DNA from: Octopus vulgaris
Lineage: Eukaryota
Assembly (NCBI GenBank): GCA_951406725.2
Contig: OX597837.1
Location: 25,916,001-25,980,000, forward strand
Reading direction: 5' to 3'
Length of the DNA: 64,000 nt
Shown: piece by piece, positions 48,127 to 60,218 of the stretch
How the letters are laid out: every line of letters starts with the position of its first letter
Numbering within the stretch: the stretch's first letter is position 1
Translations under genes and position numbers: made by a program
The notes under the pieces: generated by a model
What the model was told of the DNA's origin: nothing
The model's database searches: none
Seen by the model: the letters and a program-made list of their open reading frames with translations, nothing else

Positions 48127-48543
48127 ATTCATTTGTTAAATTTTAATTTATATAAATTATTTTATGTATTGGCTTAAGTCTTTCTTTGTTTGATTTGCAT
48201 AATAGTGGTTTTGTCTCTAATTTAATATAATATAATATTTTACTATAAAATTGGATTCAATTTTAATCTGATTTTTCCTTGTAAATTTGGATTTATTCCC
48301 TAATATTTATATATATATATACACACACATACACACAATGGGCTTCTTTTAGTTTCAATCTCTCAAACCCATTCACAAAGCAGTATTGGCCCAAGGCCAC
48401 GGTAGTAGACATTTACCCAAGATGCCACACAGTGCAACTGAACTCAAAACCATGTGGTTGGGAACGAAACTTCTTACCACACATCCAAGCTTGCACCTTA
48501 TTATTCAAATATATGATTATAATAATTATAATATTATAATCAA

Positions 48544-48918
48544 CTAGCAGTATCGCCCGGCGTTGCTCGGGTTTGTAAGGGAAATAACTATAAAGCATTT
48601 TTAGAGAGTTATAGCCAAAAAATAGCGAAAAAATGCATTAAAATGGAAAAAAATGATGGTAACTTTTTTTTAAATCGTTGACTCATCGTAGACATTTTTA
48701 GAGAGTTACTTCCCTTATATAATAGCGAAAAAATGCATTAAAATGGAAAAAAATGATGGTAAATTATTTTTAAAATCGTAGACTCATTGTAGACGCGCGC
48801 TAATACCCAGAAGGGCTCGATATGAATCACAACTATAAACTGCACCGCAAAATGTGGGAGTAGTTAGGAATCTAAATCGTAGGAGACAGACACACAACTT
48901 CTCTTTTATATATAAAGA
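48544..48918 (-). mobile_element. non-autonomous Helitron
   Basis: Minus A|TCTTTATATATAAAAG ... CCCGagcaacgcCGGG cgatactgCTAG|T with subterminal hairpin. Confidence 0.85.
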
Positions 48919-49889
48919 TATGTAATCAATTATAATATATAATAATCTTTTCTGTTATCGGTAGAAAGCCTGAAATTTGGGAGAGGGGGGGATAGTTGAT
49001 TACATCGACCCCCAGTACTCAACTGGTACTTATTTTATCAACCCAGAAAGGCCGAAAGGCAAAGTTGTCCTCAGCGGAAATTGAACTCGGAATGTAAAGA
49101 TGAACAAAATTTTGCAAAGCTTTTTTGCCCAGTGTGCTAATGATTCTGCCAGCTCACCACCTTAATTATAATATACAACAACAACTACTACTACTACTAC
49201 TACTACTAATAATAATAATGATAATGTTAATGCTTTTTGTTCTTTTAAAATGTTTTTTAAAACATATATGTTAATGGGCAGCGGAGGGGGAGATAATGTC
49301 TATGAATTTTACTGGACATCTATTCAAACATGGTGAGACCGATATAGTTAAGGCCCAGCTGGAACTTTTATTTGAAGGCTATAGAGAAAACAAAAGTTAA
49401 AAACAGAGCATTATGAAAATAACGAAGCGTATTCTGGGGTGGGGTGGGGGGTCACAGGACCAAATGGAACCAGTATAGAACTGCTAACACATGAATCAGA
49501 GGCTCAAATCATCCGTTTTCTCCGAGATTCTACATTTTATCGGTTTACCAAATTTTAGGTGCCAGCAAGCAGCCTTTTCCTGAGAATGGTAGAAATAGGA
49601 AAACTAATTTATTGGAGGTGAAGTGACAGGAACCATAACAGGAACCACGGCCCTTGGCGCAATCAATATCAGATTGATAAAAGTGAGATCGATACAGGTG
49701 ATGTTAAGCCTGAACTTTTCAGGTTGATACCTGTAGGGAAAAACACGGTAGGGGAGGAGGAGGGGTGGGGGTGTTTTTTGGAGAATTTTCAGAGGAACGT
49801 AGCTGTGGGGCAGAAGAATTGGGAAATTTATATCAGAGAAGCATTTGCAATGAGATGCAGCTGAACTGATGTAAAGATGAGAGAAATGT

Positions 49890-50295
49890 GTGTGTGGTAA
49901 GTAGCTTGCTTACCAACTACTGGGTTCCGGGTTCAGTCCCACTGCGTGGCATCTTGGGCAAGTGTCTTCTGCTATAGCCTTGGGCCGACCAATGCCATGT
50001 TAGTGGATTTGGTAGACGGAAACTGAAAGGAGCCTGTCGTATATATGTATATATATATATGTATATGCGTGCGTGCATGTATGTTTGTGTGTCTGTGTTT
50101 GTCCCCCTAGCATTGCTTGACAACTGATGCTGGTGTGTTTATGTCCCTGTCACTTAGTGGTTTGGCAAAAGAGACCGATAGAATAAGTACTGGGCTTACA
50201 AAGAATAAGTCCCAGGGTCGATTTGCTTGACTAAAGGCGGTGCTCCAACATGGCTGCAGTCAAATGACTGAAACAAGTAAAAGAGTAAAAGAGAG
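49890..50295 (+). mobile_element. SINE family A
   Basis: Near full-length copy. Confidence 0.85.
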
Positions 50296-50589
50296 TGGGT
50301 AGGGTATTTGGCTCAGGATCGTAAGGTCGCGAGTTCGATTCCTGGCTGTGTGCTGTCTCCTTAAGCAAGATTCTTTATTTCACATTGCTCCAGTGCACTC
50401 AGCTGGCAAAAATGAGTTCTACCCATATTTCAAAAGAGGTCAGCCTTGTCATACTCTGTGTCATGCTGAATCTTCATGTGAACTACATTAAGGGTACACA
50501 TGTCTGTGGAGTGCTCAGCCACTTGCACGTTAATTTCATGAGCAGGCTGTTCCATTGGTCAGATCAACTGGAATCCTTGTCATCATAAC

Positions 50590-50752
50590 CATAGTAGTAG
50601 TAGCGGTGGTGATGGTAGTTATAACAGTAATAGAAGCAGCAGTAGTGGTGGTAGTAGTAGTAGGAATGGTGATGGTAGTAGTAGTAGTAGCGATGGTGGT
50701 GGTAGTTGTAGTAGTAGTGGTGGTGGTAGTTGTAGTAGTAGTAGCAATGGTG

Positions 50753-50784
<32 letters not shown>

Positions 50785-50945
50785 GGTGGTGGTAGTAGTA
50801 GTGGTGGTGGTGGTGGTGATAGTTGTAGTAGTAGTAGTGGTGGTGGTGATAGTTGTAGTAGTGGTGGTGGTAACAGTAGCAGTAGTAGCAATGGTGGTGG
50901 CGGTAGTGATGGTGGTGGTGGTGGTGGTAGTAGTAGCAGCAGTGG
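50590..50945. repeat. (GTA/GTG)n compound trinucleotide tract
   Basis: Directly visible. Confidence 0.95.
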
Positions 50946-51167
50946 TGGATCTTCCTTCAGTTTCAGCAATAGCCAGAGAGGGGGTGGAGTACAACCTGAT
51001 AGTTGAGAAGAGCAGAAGCTGTAGGAGAGGCGAGGAGAAGACACAGCATACCTGTGGGGCAGTGGTCGCAGTGTGTTGGTGAACAAATCTTTGTTAATAA
51101 ATAACAACAATTGGTTAGAGTTGAAGACAGGAAGATGGATAACAACTGGATATGGATAGCAACTGAA

Positions 51168-52062
51168 TGTCATAGCTTGGCCATGTAGACAGTTGTAGCT
51201 TGGCCATGTAGAGAGTCATAGCTTGGTTATGTAGACAGTTATAGCTTGGCCATGTAGACAGTTGTAGCTTGGCCATGTAGACAATCGTAGCTTGGCCATG
51301 TAGACAGTTGTAGCTTGGCCATGTAGACAGTCGTAGCTTGGTCATGTAGACAGTCGTAGCTTGGTCATGTAGACAGTCGTAGCTTGGTCATACAGACAGT
51401 TGTTGCTTGGCCATGTAGACAGTCGTAGCTTGGTCATGTAGACAGTCGTAGCTTGGCCATGTAGACAGTTGTAGCTTGGTCATACAGACAGTCATAGCTT
51501 GGCCATACAGACAGTTGTTGCTTGGCCATGTAGACAGTTGTTGCTTGGCCATGTAGACAGTCGTAGCTTGGCCATGTAGACAGTTGTAGCTTGGCCATGT
51601 AGAGTCGTAGCTTGGCCATGTAGACAGTTGTAGCTTGGCCATGTAGACAGTCATCGCTTGGCCATGTAGACAGTTGTAGCTTGGCCATGTAGACAGTCGT
51701 AGCTTGGTCATACAGACAGTTGTTGCTTGGCCATGTAGACAGTCGTAGCTTGGCCATGTAGACAGTCGTAGCTTTGCCATACAGACAGTTGTTGCTTGGC
51801 CATGTAGACAGTCGTAGCTTGGCCATGTAGACCATTGTAGCTTGGCCATGTAGACAGTTGTAGCTTGGTCATGTAGACAGTTGTAGCTTGGCCATGTAGA
51901 CAGTCCTAGCTTGGCCATACAGACAGTCGAAGCTTGGCCATACAGACAGTTGTAGCTAGGCCATGTAGACAGTCGTAGCTTGGCCATGTAGACAGTCGTA
52001 GCTTGGTCATGTAGACTGTTGTAGCTTGGCCATACAGACAGTCATAGCTTGGTCATACAGGC
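51168..52062. repeat. 23-bp minisatellite, roughly 39 copies
   Basis: Consensus gtagcttggccatgtagacagt(c/t). Confidence 0.95.
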
Positions 52063-52629
52063 AGCAGTGATGTAAAGAAAAATTGTGTCTTTGCAATTGG
52101 AGGGGAGAGAGAGAGAGAGAGAGAGAAAAGAAAGAGCAAAACACATTTTCTGTGGAAATAGTTCAGTCAGCATGAAATATGGCAATAATTGAGGTTTTTG
52201 TCCTCCGTTACATTAAGACACTTCCTGTTCATTAAATTGTGATGTTTAGAAAATGAGAGGAAGACGAAGAATTAGAGAGGCAGGGCTGCTGTAAGGCCAA
52301 CCGTTTTTGGATGTCAATTTGACCAGAGTAAGAATGGAAAGTCAGTCACGAAGACAAAGATTTAATTGCCCTCAACGTTGCCCTGCCCCCCCTGCTCCAC
52401 CCTCATGCCCTCCTATTCTCATTTAATTAGCACTGAAATTGTGTAATAAAGGTAATTGTTGCTGTTTGATTTGGAGGAATAAAAAAGATTCTGATCAAAA
52501 ACAAATGAAACTTCATTTATGAAACACACACACACACTTTTCCTCTCCCTCTCTCTCTCTTTCACTTAACACTGGCCCAGCTACAGCAACATGACCTTTC
52601 CATTGAAGAAATAGTTTCACTATCGACAT

Positions 52630-53050
52630 GGCAGGAAAAAGGCTGCGTGGTAAGTAGCTTGTTTACCAACCACATGGTTCTGGGTTCAGTCCCACTGCGT
52701 GGTACCTTGGGCAAGTGTCTTCTACTATAGCCTTGGGCCGACCAAAGCCTTGTGAGTGGATTTGGTTGACGGAAACTGAAAGAAGCCTGTCATATATATG
52801 TATATATATATATATGTGTGTGTGTGTGTGCGTGTGGGTTTGTGTGTCTGTGTTTGTCCCTCTAGCATCGCTTGACAACCGATGCTGGTGTGTTTATGTC
52901 CCCGTTACTTAGCGGTTCGGCAAAAGAGACCGATAGAATAAGTACTGGGTTTACAAAAGAATAAGTCCCGGGGTCGAGTTGCTCGATTAAAGGCGGTGCT
53001 CCAGCATGGCCACAGTCAAATGACTGAAACAAGTAAAAGAGTAAAAGAGA
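52630..53050 (+). mobile_element. SINE family A
   Basis: Full-length copy. Confidence 0.85.
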
Positions 53051-53424
53051 GTGAGTTGACATATTTTCCTTGGAAGACATTTTTACATGATGAGTAAAAT
53101 ATCAGAAAAGAGGATAGGAGGATGATGATGGCGGTGGGGGTGAGTGGGGTGTGCAGGCTTTCAGCAGGGCAGTGGGATGAAGGTGGTGATGGGGAGGGGG
53201 CGCAGGTGATGGTTTACCTTTAATGATACTCCTTGTGCACATCTGCAAAGTATTTTTTGTAAGTCATGTTGGTTTGCCCTGAAAAGAACTCCATTAAAGG
53301 GCAGACACGTCATGTCTGTGGAATACTCAGCCACTTGTACAATCATTTAAAAGAGTTTTTAGCAAGGGAAATAATTCAGTTGTTGGAACGAAGGAATATT
53401 TATTGCCGTAACTGAAGGAAGATC

Positions 53425-53855
53425 CACCACTGCTGATACCACCACCACAGCTGATACCACCACCACCACTGCTACTACTACAACTATCACCACCACCACC
53501 ACCACTACAACTATCACCATTATTAATACTACTACTACCACCACCACCACCATTGCTACTACTACTGCAACTACCACCACCACCACCATCACCACCACCA
53601 CCACCACCACCGCTTCTACTACAACTACCACCACCACAGCTACTACTACTACTATTACTACTACCACCAAGATTGCAACTACTACTACTACTACTACTAC
53701 TACCTACTACTACTACTACCACCACCACCACCACTACCATAACCACCACCACCGCTACTACTACTACCACCACCACCACCATAACCACCACCACCGCTAC
53801 TACTACTACCACCACCACCACCACCACCACCACCAACACTATCGCAACAACTACA
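53425..53855. repeat. (CCA/CTA)n compound trinucleotide tract
   Basis: Directly visible. Confidence 0.95.
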
Positions 53856-54522
53856 TGAAATAGTGTGTGACATGTAACCTAATTAGCAGAATCAGGGTAC
53901 ATTGCTTACCAAGTCATCTTAGATTCAGAGTAGTAGTAGTAGTAGTAGTAGTAGAAATGGTAGTTGATCATAGGTTTGTTGCATCAGAGTTGACTGACCT
54001 AGGGCTAATCCCCACCACCACCACCACCAACACCACCACCACCACCACAACCACCACTGCTGCTGCCACCGCCGATGGTGTTGTTGCTGTCCATCAGAAC
54101 TGAAGATGACTCGGTTAACATATTACACATAGCTTAGCTCCCTCCGAGCAGACACAGACAACCTGATGGTTCACCTCCACCCCCACACCAATCCCACCTC
54201 ACCCTTGACCAAGTGGAATATCTCAGATGTGACAACTGGTATGTGAGAGGGCAAAGAGAGAGAGAGAGAGATGGAGCAACGTAATTCTCTCTCTCCCGGG
54301 CACTCTAGTTACTTCTGACAACAACTATTTTAATTGCAGTAGTAATGTTAGTACTACAGCAACAACAACAGCAACACGACCACCACCACAGTGTGGTTTC
54401 CAATGTTGACAGTTTTGACAATATAATTGACGGAGGAGATTTTTAACAGTTGAAATTTCTGAATGGAGGAACTACAACCAAAAATTGTCTGGGAGAGTTG
54501 AAGCAGAAACTAGCAGTACTAC

Positions 54523-55260
54523 TAGGTGCAGGAGTGGCTGTGTGGTAAGTAGCTTGCTTACCAACCACATGGTTCTGAGTTCAGTCCCACTGCATGGCAA
54601 ATTATGCAAAGTGTCTTCTACTATAGCTTCAGGCCGACCAAAGCCTTGTGAGTGGATTTGGTAGATGGAAACTGAAAGAAGCCCGTCATATATATGTATA
54701 TGTATATTAGAAGGTGATGTACAGGTATTATATATCAGAAGAAATAATCTGGATGGTTTTATATCTACAGATTTTTATTAGTATGTCACATGTTTTTATA
54801 AATCATATATTAGCGCTTGCATTCACTCTAGTGGATTCTTCAGATTTGAATTTTTTTGAGGAGATTCGTCTCTTTTCATAGTATTATTGAGTGTGTAGCA
54901 GTGGAGAGAGATATAGGATAGTAAAAGTGGGTGAGGAATGGGTAGAAAGTGAGAGAGTGCATGTGTGTGTGTGTGTGTGTGTGTGTGCCTTTGTATCTGA
55001 AAGAGGTGTCAATGGAAAATAGAAGGAAAGAAAGAAAGAAGAAAGAATATGTGTGTTTGTGTGTCTGTGTTTGTCCCCCCAACATCGCTTAACAACCGAT
55101 GCTGGTGTGTTTACATCCCCGTAACTTAGTGGTTCGGCAAAAGAGACCGATAGAATAAGTACTAGGCTTACAAAGAATAAGTCCTGGGGTCAATTTGCTC
55201 GACTAAAAGATGATGCTCCAGCATGGCCGCAGTCAACTGACTGAAACAAGTAAAAGAGTA
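54523..55260 (+). mobile_element. SINE family A split by a ~340-bp insert in its central microsatellite
   Basis: Head 54523-54705, insert 54706-55048, tail 55049-55260. Confidence 0.8.
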
Positions 55261-56404
55261 GCGAGAGAGTAAACTGGGGACATTAATGATGATGATGAAG
55301 ATGATGGTGGTGGTGGTAGTAGTGATGATAATGGTGATAGTATTGGCACTCCATCAATTATGATGAAAAGGGTTCCAGTTGATCCGATCGACGGAACAGC
55401 CTGCTCATGAAATTAATGTGCAAGTGGCTGAGTACTCCACAGACACGTGTACCGATAATGTAGTTAGTTCTCAGGGAGATTCACTGTCGACGCAAGATGT
55501 GACAAGGCCGGCCCTTTGAATTACGGGTACTACTCACACTTGTCAGTTGAATAGGCTGGAACAATGTGAAATGAAGTGTCTTGCGGAAGGACACAATGCA
55601 GCAGCAGCCAGCACCATCTTTTCAGTAGCAATGTAGAAAACTGATTATGCAGGACTGCTGACTGTATACTTAGCACCATCCTCCTTTCTCATCTGGAGTT
55701 GGGAATAGCCTTGGCAGACTTCCCATCTGTGGGCTGGTTTTAACGGAGGTCATTCTGGAGAAGACATTTGGGGCCAGGTCTATTTTTTTGAGGATAACAT
55801 CCTGCCACAACAATCAAAGGCCCTGAAAAAGGCCATAGGCGTTACCCTTTTCCCTCTGATGATGATAGTGGAGCATTTAAAAATAAAAGCAAGAAGTTAA
55901 TGTAGTCCAGACCTATGATAAAAACCAAAAACAAAAAATAGATAGAGGTAGTCATGTTTGGAACAGCTTTGATTCTAAGTTTACTTAATTAGTGCAATAG
56001 TGATATAATTATAATTACGTTCAAGTCAATGAGTGCAGAAAATATAATGAAAGCCAGAAATGTAACAAGCAGCTATTTGATTTGGTTTTTAGACTTAGAA
56101 GTGAAATTGTCTATAATTATTCTGTAAACAATATTTAACGAACTGAAACTAATGAACTAAAACTAATGAGTCAGTAGAAGTTTACTGCCGAGATAAATGG
56201 AAAATGGTAAATTCTTCCAATTAATGTTTCCAATTAGCGAACCCCATCACTTGGTTTTCATTCCAGGAGGTAGCTGACTCACTTCTTAAAGAGACACAGA
56301 AGGTGAAATAGCTTCTCCAGGGCTATTCAAATGTTAGAAATAGCAGCAATCAAAGACCCACAGCTTGCACCCAGCCATCACTAGAATAATTAGGAAGAGA
56401 TTTC

Positions 56405-56554
56405 AAGGTGTGGTTGAGTGGTAAGAAGTTTGCTTTGCAATCACAGGGTTCTGGGTTCAGACCCATTGTGTGGTACTTTAGGCAAGTGTCTTCTATATTC
56501 TTGGGCTGAGCAAAGCCTTGTGAGTGGATTTGGTAGATGGACACTAAAAGAAGC

Positions 56555-56598
<44 letters not shown>

Positions 56599-56793
56599 AT
56601 GTGTGTGTGTGTCTTTGTCCTCCACCACCATTTGATAACTGACGTTGGTGTGTCTATGATCCCATAACTTAGCAGTTTGGCAAAAGAGACTGATAGAATA
56701 AGTACTGCAGTTGATTCATTCAACAAAACATTTTTCAAGATAATGCCCCAGCACGGCCACAGTCAAATGACTGGAACAAGCAAAGGATAAAAG
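56405..56793 (+). mobile_element. diverged SINE family A
   Basis: Recognisable head, (TG)n centre and tail. Confidence 0.75.
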
Positions 56794-57747
56794 ACTTAGT
56801 ACTAGATGCATTAAGTTTAAAAACAAATGGAATGGTCACAGCTGGAATGTCTTTGATCATAGATTCACTGGACAGGGTTGATTTTGCATTAAAGAATATT
56901 ATCTACATGCATAGATAATTGGACCTGTTAATAGCAACCAAATCTTCCTCAGATCACCAACCATCTGTCTAAAGAAAATGAAGTACACGTTTGTTAATGA
57001 GTACCTAGATCCATTATGCCCAGACCCTTCCCTTCAAAAAAAAAAAAACCCCAAAAAACCTCAAAACAATGTATAATAACTTGGACATCACTTCTCATCA
57101 GTTTTCTGGATCAGGGATAAATGGCAGTAGCAGTAAGGTTGGTGACATTGCTATTTAAGGGAGTGGTACCAGTACCCACTGCTGTTGTTTGGCCCTGATC
57201 CAAAAGATCTAAGATCAAAGGTTCCCAACTCATTATCATACCATTTATATACCTTTCAGATATAACTTATTTAACACATATGTTATTCTGTGTTTGTATA
57301 GATGTTATGAATCATTATTTGAATTCAATTCCGTTTCAAGTGTGTATATTAATTCAACTTAAACCTGGCCAGCTTCTACACAATAAGTAAATGTTTTGCT
57401 TCTTGATTTGTGTAATTGGAACTAAAGTTCCAACTAAGCTTAGCATGATTACATGTGTTAGTCACTGAGGAGCTTAATTCAAGCCAAAACATCAGTGTCT
57501 GATGATCTGCTGAGGTTATTCTCCCTGATGAAGTTGCATTTTCAACACAAATCCTGTTACAAGAAGTTTCTCTGAGATAAAATAGTACAGCTAGAAACTG
57601 CACCATGTTTCTATATACTTTGTTATACACATCAGTATTTATACACATCAGTATCTATACACATATATAGCCCTGGGCTGGCCAGTTGACTCATCTGACA
57701 CTACATTCTTTTTCTTGAGAAGGTCTAATAGTTAATTTTTACCTGTA

Positions 57748-57839
57748 TTCACCTGATGAAAACGGGGTGAGGTGGGGTGTTTGCATGATGTAACATTTCT
57801 GCTTGTTAATAAAAACCTGTCTGAAACAGCTGTAGTGAA
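57748..57839 (+). ncRNA. minimal type-I hammerhead ribozyme
   Basis: ttcac CTGATGA aaacggg...cctgtct GAAA c-agct-g TA gtgaa; 5-bp stem I, palindromic stem III. Confidence 0.75.
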
Positions 57840-57940
57840 CCGCAATTCAACAGTTATTATTATCTATCTATCTATACACACATATATAAACAAGTGAAAA
57901 ATGATGGCCATTACATATTTTTCCTTTATTGGAGCAACAG

Positions 57941-58064
57941 TGGCTTACAGCTGTTTCCAGTAGTCGTTATAGGTACATTACTGATAAATTTATTCAATTG
58001 TCTACTGATAAATTGAGAAAAATTGTATGACTTAAGCAAATTGATGTTAATTTCATCAGAACCA
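57941..58064 (-). ncRNA. degenerate hammerhead motif
   Basis: Minus: tggtt CTGATGA (long, poorly paired stem II) GAAA c-agct-g TA agcca. Confidence 0.5.
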
Positions 58065-58312
58065 TTTCTGTCTGTCTGTCTATCTATCTATTTATCTATC
58101 TGTGTGTGTGTAAACACTTTTTTTTAACTGGTGTTAGTCATTGTTCTGAGGTGACCATAATGGCAGAGCCAAAATTTATTTCTTTGATGGCAAAAAGACA
58201 AAACACAAAACTGACTAGGGCTGGATTTGAACTCACAATGCAAAGGGTCATATTGACCATATAACACAGGATATTCAGTCTGACACCATCCTGCCATCAA
58301 CCGACACTATAT

Positions 58313-58543
58313 AGGCGGCGAACTGGCAGAAACGTTAGCACACCGGGCGAAATGCGAAGCCGTGTTTCGTCTGCCGTTACGTTCTGGGTTCAAATTCCGC
58401 TGAGGTGGGCTTTGCCTTTCATCCTTTCGGGGTCGATAAATTAACTACCAGTTATGCACTGGGGTCGATATAATTGACTTGATCCGTTTGTCTGTCCTTG
58501 TTTGTCCCTTCTGTGTTTAGCCCCTTGTGGGTAGTAAAGAAAT
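58313..58543 (+). mobile_element. SINE family B
   Basis: Full-length copy. Confidence 0.9.
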
Positions 58544-58710
58544 ATATATTGGTTCAGGGAATCAATCAACACTCCTCATGTTACTGTCGATGTTTTTTAG
58601 CCCTAGGTCAGTCCTAAACCAGCTGACCTAGGATCAGAGATGTTCCAATTTCGACCATCATATCTTTTTTTTTATCAACCACAATCCAGGTGAGACTACA
58701 TTATATATAT

Positions 58711-58941
58711 ATTTCTTTATTGCCCACAGGGAGCTAAACATAGAGGAGACAAACAAGGACAGACAAAGGGATTAAGTCGATTACATCGAGCCCAGTGCGA
58801 AACTGGTACTTTATTTATCGACCCCGAAAGGATGAAAGGCAAAGTCGACCTCGGCGGAATTTGAACTCAGAACGTAACGACAGACGAAATATGGCTAAGC
58901 ATTTCGCCCGGCACGCTAACGCTTCTGCCAGCTCGCCGCCT
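58711..58941 (-). mobile_element. SINE family B
   Basis: Full-length copy, inverted relative to 58313-58543. Confidence 0.9.
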
Positions 58942-59451
58942 AAATATAATATAATGTAGTCTACATTATATAGTGTACCTTTCTTTGCTATCTTTGGAAA
59001 GAAAGGTGTGAATTAACGGGAAGATGTGGTTGCTATTACTAGCAGGTTGGCATGGCTGTATAGAAGCAGTTTCTTAGTTTGATGTAATGGAGTAATAAAT
59101 ATAAAAGGATTGGTGAGGTAAACAAAGCCATAAATACTCAGAGTCTACGAGTTTATTATTCCATTAGCATCCATTCTGCTAGCAGTGATTGTGGATGTGC
59201 AACATCAAAATCAACAACAACAGCAGAAGTAGCAGCAGTGGCAGCAGCAGCAGCAGCAGTCCAATTTATCCATCTATTCTTTATGTCTTTAAACTATTTA
59301 CTATTCAGTGAAATCCATGTAACATTAGAGAAGAACACAGATCTAAAATAACAGGAAACCGCTCAACATTTCAGTTCTGAAGACGACCATTAAAAGTGGT
59401 TCGTTTAAAGTGTAATTTTAACCAAACTTTCATTCTATATCTCCTGTTTTC

Positions 59452-59452
<1 letters not shown>

Positions 59453-59482
<30 letters not shown>

Positions 59483-59550
59483 TAATAATAATGATAATAG
59501 CAATAATAATGATAATAATAATAATGGTGATGATGATGATGACAGTGATG

Positions 59551-59595
<45 letters not shown>

Positions 59596-59796
59596 TATAA
59601 TAATAATAATAATAATAATAGTAATAACAATAACAATAATAATAATAATAATAATAATATGATGATGATAATAATAATAATAATAATAATAATGGTGATG
59701 ATGATGACAGTGATGATGATAATAATAATAATGGTGATGATGATGATAATAATAATAATAATAATAATAATGGTGATGATGATGACAGTGATGATG

Positions 59797-59835
<39 letters not shown>

Positions 59836-59912
59836 GTGATGATGATGATGACAGTGATGATGATGATAATAATAAAAATAATAATGATAATAATAATAAT
59901 AATGAAAATAAT
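59453..59912. repeat. (AAT/GAT)n compound tract with higher-order ggtgatgatgatgacagtgat units
   Basis: Directly visible. Confidence 0.9.
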
Positions 59913-60218
59913 ATAAATAGCAATTACATATGTACATATACTCACATACATCTATATACACTACACACACAAATGAATTTGTCAATGTATATACCCATAC
60001 ACACATGTATATTAGAAGGTATGGGTGTGTGAATGTGGTATTCACTTTGTAATGTCAATGATTCTGAGTTCCGTTTCACTTGCAGAGCACCGTAAGTTGT
60101 CTTGTTTGGGCCAAATGCCTTTGTGAAATCAAACCAGACAACAGAAACTGTAAGGGAGCCCATTGTGTGCATGTGTAAACACACACATACACACATGCAT
60201 AAACACATGTATTCGTGT

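Larger units (their letters stand above)
47855..48310 (+). mobile_element. fold-back PLE-type element: ~380-bp palindrome (4-nt loop) plus tail
   Basis: Centre aaact-tcat-agttt at about 48038-48051; outer arms and tail homologous to 41637-42043. Confidence 0.85.

Noticed and set aside
51168-52062. CRISPR array or repetitive protein gene (199 aa ORF)
   Set aside because: Contiguous 23-bp units without spacers; a period not divisible by 3 gives cycling frames, typical of a minisatellite
52200-52520. Enhancer-like unique sequence rich in TAAT motifs
   Set aside because: Motif density is expected in AT-rich DNA; needs cross-species conservation data
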